From Paraphysomonas bandaiensis (Eukaryota > Protista > Chrysophyceae): DNA of 64,000 nt. A program made the position numbers and the translations under genes. Positions 61,001 to 64,000 of the stretch are shown piece after piece. Position 1 is the stretch's first letter; the number at the start of each line of letters is the position of its first letter. The stretch spans positions 1 to 64,000 of the forward strand of contig CBFFRP010000475.1 in NCBI GenBank assembly GCA_965644295.1. Direction: 5' to 3'. The notes under the pieces are model-generated. The model saw nothing but the letters and a program-made list of their open reading frames with translations, had not been told where the DNA came from and searched no databases.

Positions 61001-63583
61001 CACCCCCATACCCTAAGATATCTCAAATTTGGAGGCTCACCCGTTAGAAACTCTATAGGAGACATATACCCTTTATCTGTTTTCGTTGGCAATCGAATCA
61101 AAATATATCTGGCTGCCATGTATGCATCCAGCCAAAATTGCGGTGGCAGTCCAGATTGGATTAGCATTGCAAGAGTCATCTCTCCAGCAGTTCTGAACTT
61201 CCTCTCCTCTATGGCATTCATTTCTGGAGAGTCTGTTGAGCTCCACGTATGTTGATAGCACTCCTGTGTCCTAAGATACTGACGCAGCTCTTCACTGATT
61301 AACTCTCCTGCACCATCTGCATGATAGTGCTCCATCTTGAGCTTGTACCTTTTAACATCTCCTCTAAATAGCTCTTTGAAGACTTCTAAGACCGCTTCCC
61401 CAGTTCTGTGGACTAAACCGGTCGCCCAGAACATTTTGCTGGCATGATGCGTTATCTTTAACACATACCTCTCACCTCCTCTAGCAGGACAATTTAAGTA
61501 CACAGCGATATCTGCTGAAAAATTCGGTCTAACGGAATTCTCGTCCTTCGTTCGGAAGCTGACTCGGGTTATCTTAGACCTGGCACACACTTCACACAAA
61601 CACTGATTTTTGTGTACCTTGGCTGTGAGGTGTTTTCGTTTCAACCCTGTACCCATGATGAGCATCCTCTTATGTGCCTCCACTAAAGCATGTTTGTTGA
61701 AGTGACCCGCTCTCCGATGCAGCAACTCCAGCTCGTCCTCACCAGTCCTATCGCTAAGATTTACTTCACAATTACTCGGTGTAGACACATCTGGAAGCTC
61801 CAACAGCTGCTGAGTTGGAACTGCAGTCATTCCATTCTTCATGGGTCCCTCCAGTACCAGTTCACCAGTATTACAGTCATAAATTTGGATCCCATACCAC
61901 ACCGTGAATCGATAGCCCATTTCGTTCAGCTTACGTCCGGAGCACAGACATCGATTGATCTGATCTGAAATTTCTATGTCTCTCCATGCTCCACGGGAAC
62001 CCACACTTGTGATATGAATCTCTGATCCCTTCTTAGAGCCGTTTATCACCTTTGATGTATTCATATGAGTGTCAAGCATGGTCACATCATTCATCAAGAA
62101 CATTGATGATGAACAGCAGGTGTCAATATATGTATAATGCATGTCATCATTTACACTACATATATTCGTTTCATGTATATTGCATGACAATTTCATAACA
62201 TCCTCGATCATATTTGCTTCATCTTCATCAGAGAATTCTGCTGGTTCTCCACGCCGTATATTCTCTACTGTCAGCAGCCTTTTGTCCGGCTTTCTACCAT
62301 GATTCTTCCCTTTCTCTCCTCTTCTAGAATGCTTTTTCTTCGTCGTTGGACAATCAGCAGCAAGATGTTCCAGAGACTTGCAATTTCTGCATCCCGTGTA
62401 CTCAGCACTTCCAGGACGCTGCCCTGATATCTCTCCATCCTTCTTCCTCTGCTTCCTCCTGCACTGTTCAGTTGAATGGCTATGAGGAATTCCTTCTTTC
62501 CTGCAATATCTACAGTTGCCCTTCTTACGCTTATCCCGTTCCGTTCGAGACCGTTTGCTCTTTTCAATGAAGTTCAGCTCCTCCACCTTCTTGCGTTTCC
62601 GCTCTAACGCAATCCTTCCAGGAATGGTATCATCATACCGTTCTATCTTCCTTGATAATGTTGCATAATCAACATCATCAGGCATCAAATACAAAGCAAC
62701 ATTCAGAGGAGCATATTCTTCATTCAACAGACCTTCTCGTAACCGTGTTATTTTTGAGAGCTCCGATATGTCCTGCTGCTGCTCCTGTAGCTCTTTCAGC
62801 AGTATTTCAAACCGTATTATATAGTCCTTCGCAGTCTCCTCCGGACGCATACGGAAAGATCCATACTGAGTCAACAGCTCACTGATCTTGTTTTGCTTCC
62901 CTCCAGCAAAGCACTTCTTCAACTCATCAATCATAATATGCGCCTTAAACCTGTTGCTTCCTGTTCCATCAGCCTTGAACCCTTTATGTAAAAGATGGAA
63001 TTTCTGAAGCGCCTTCGAAGATGATTGCACTGCCTCTCTGCAGTACGAATACGCTATGGCATTCGCCTTCCAGTACTTCTTCACAGCCTGTCTGTAAGAC
63101 TTCTCCTCCATTAACGTGAGTGGCTGTTCCCCGAAGTCGCTCTCCTTCGGTGGTGGCTCCACAGCTACTTCACTTTGCTCTTTCCTCATGAGGAATGTTT
63201 CGAAGTCCTCAATCCATTGTTCAACATTGCTCTCATTAAACTGTGGCACTACTCCTCTATCCTCCTTCTCTCCTCCTCGCTCGCTACCATGTTGAGAAAC
63301 GCTCATTCTACACTAGATCACATAGAGAATTTGTCGTAAGACTAGATAGATTTATTAGTATCGTTTACACGAAGTTGTGATAACCAACACTAACTCATTA
63401 TAATCCCTGCATAATATCCTACATATGCGAACCTCTCGTTACTGAACATATCTTGAAAGGTCAACCTATTTCAGTTTCTCAATATCATCACAGCATTTGT
63501 ACATCACTATATTTCACTGTATTCTCGTACATTGTCTTCAAGTGACATACTGAATATACTAGAATAAGATCCATATTCTAATA
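58080..63583 (-). mobile_element. Full-length Ty1/copia LTR retrotransposon (element B, same family as A)
   Basis: 294-bp LTRs at 58080-58373 and 63290-63583 (one mismatch seen, CAGAG/CATAG). TSD ATGGC at 58075-58079 and 63584-63588. Same PBS and PPT as A. Confidence 0.98.
58553..63306 (-). CDS. Copia Gag-Pol polyprotein; 4-nt deletion frameshift in RT near 59468
   Basis: Collinear with element A. TTT CT(----)ATC AGA versus TTT CTG AAC ATC AGG in A splits it into ORFs 59431-63306 and 58553-59482. Confidence 0.93.
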
Positions 63584-63712
63584 ATGGCAATAATAATGAT
63601 ATTCAACCTATGTTGCACAGATAGTATGTACAAACTTAAGCATATACAATACAGAGCTCATGTAGTATAGAATAACCTGATAGCAGGTTATTACAAGCAT
63701 GCAGAATTTTGA

Positions 63713-63823
63713 TATACCTGACATCTGCTGACTTCAGGTTTTTTGAGTCCTTAAGGTGAACATCCTGGATGCTTGACTTCAACAGGCAGCCCAATACCCC
63801 GGTTACCCTTCAGGTGGGCCCTG
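63713..63823 (-). mobile_element. R1 internal fragment
   Basis: Near-identical to 53215-53320. Confidence 0.8.
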
Positions 63824-64000
63824 TACGTTACATTACTTATCAAACTGAAATAGCTCATGGAACATGTAACTGCTTGAAATCAATAAAAAAGTAATTGATA
63901 AGAATGTGCCGTCAATATAACAATCAATCATGAGAAAGTTTGTCGTAAATTGTCATACCTAAATATAACTACATCAATATTATGATGACTCTATTCGGTA

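Noticed and set aside
1-64000. rRNA/tRNA genes, Fanzor/TnpB, viral hallmark genes
   Set aside because: No recognisable motifs found by eye; absence not confirmed computationally.

Overview
This is an AT-rich, gene-dense eukaryotic nuclear region with ~50-bp GT-AG introns. The host is probably a flagellated protist, possibly a stramenopile; that is inferred from the CEP76 gene, the PT-repeat surface proteins and the hAT type, not proven. There are about 17 host genes: an SLC25 carrier, a TPK K+ channel, Ras, CDK10/11, Pkr1, an MFS transporter, a PH protein, CEP76, an AUX1/LAX-like permease, a deoxynucleoside kinase, esterase D, NSDHL, a mucin-like PT protein, an 8-repeat Myb, an AGC pseudokinase, a dynamin-like GTPase/U-box fusion and one hypothetical protein. 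A large frameshifted FN3/LNR surface-protein gene runs off the left edge. Two full-length, recently inserted Ty1/copia elements of one family sit in opposite orientation (7025-12478 +, 58080-63583 -). Comparing them shows several shared non-canonical traits: TA...CA LTRs, a DTC protease motif, an extra domain after the integrase, and a covarying multi-hairpin RNA structure in the IN-RT linker. The window also holds a TPRT-type short retroposon family with variable TSDs, MITEs, a hAT relic, two long perfect inverted repeats, and a direct duplication bracketing the GTPase/U-box cassette. All calls were made by eye from motifs, with no database searches.
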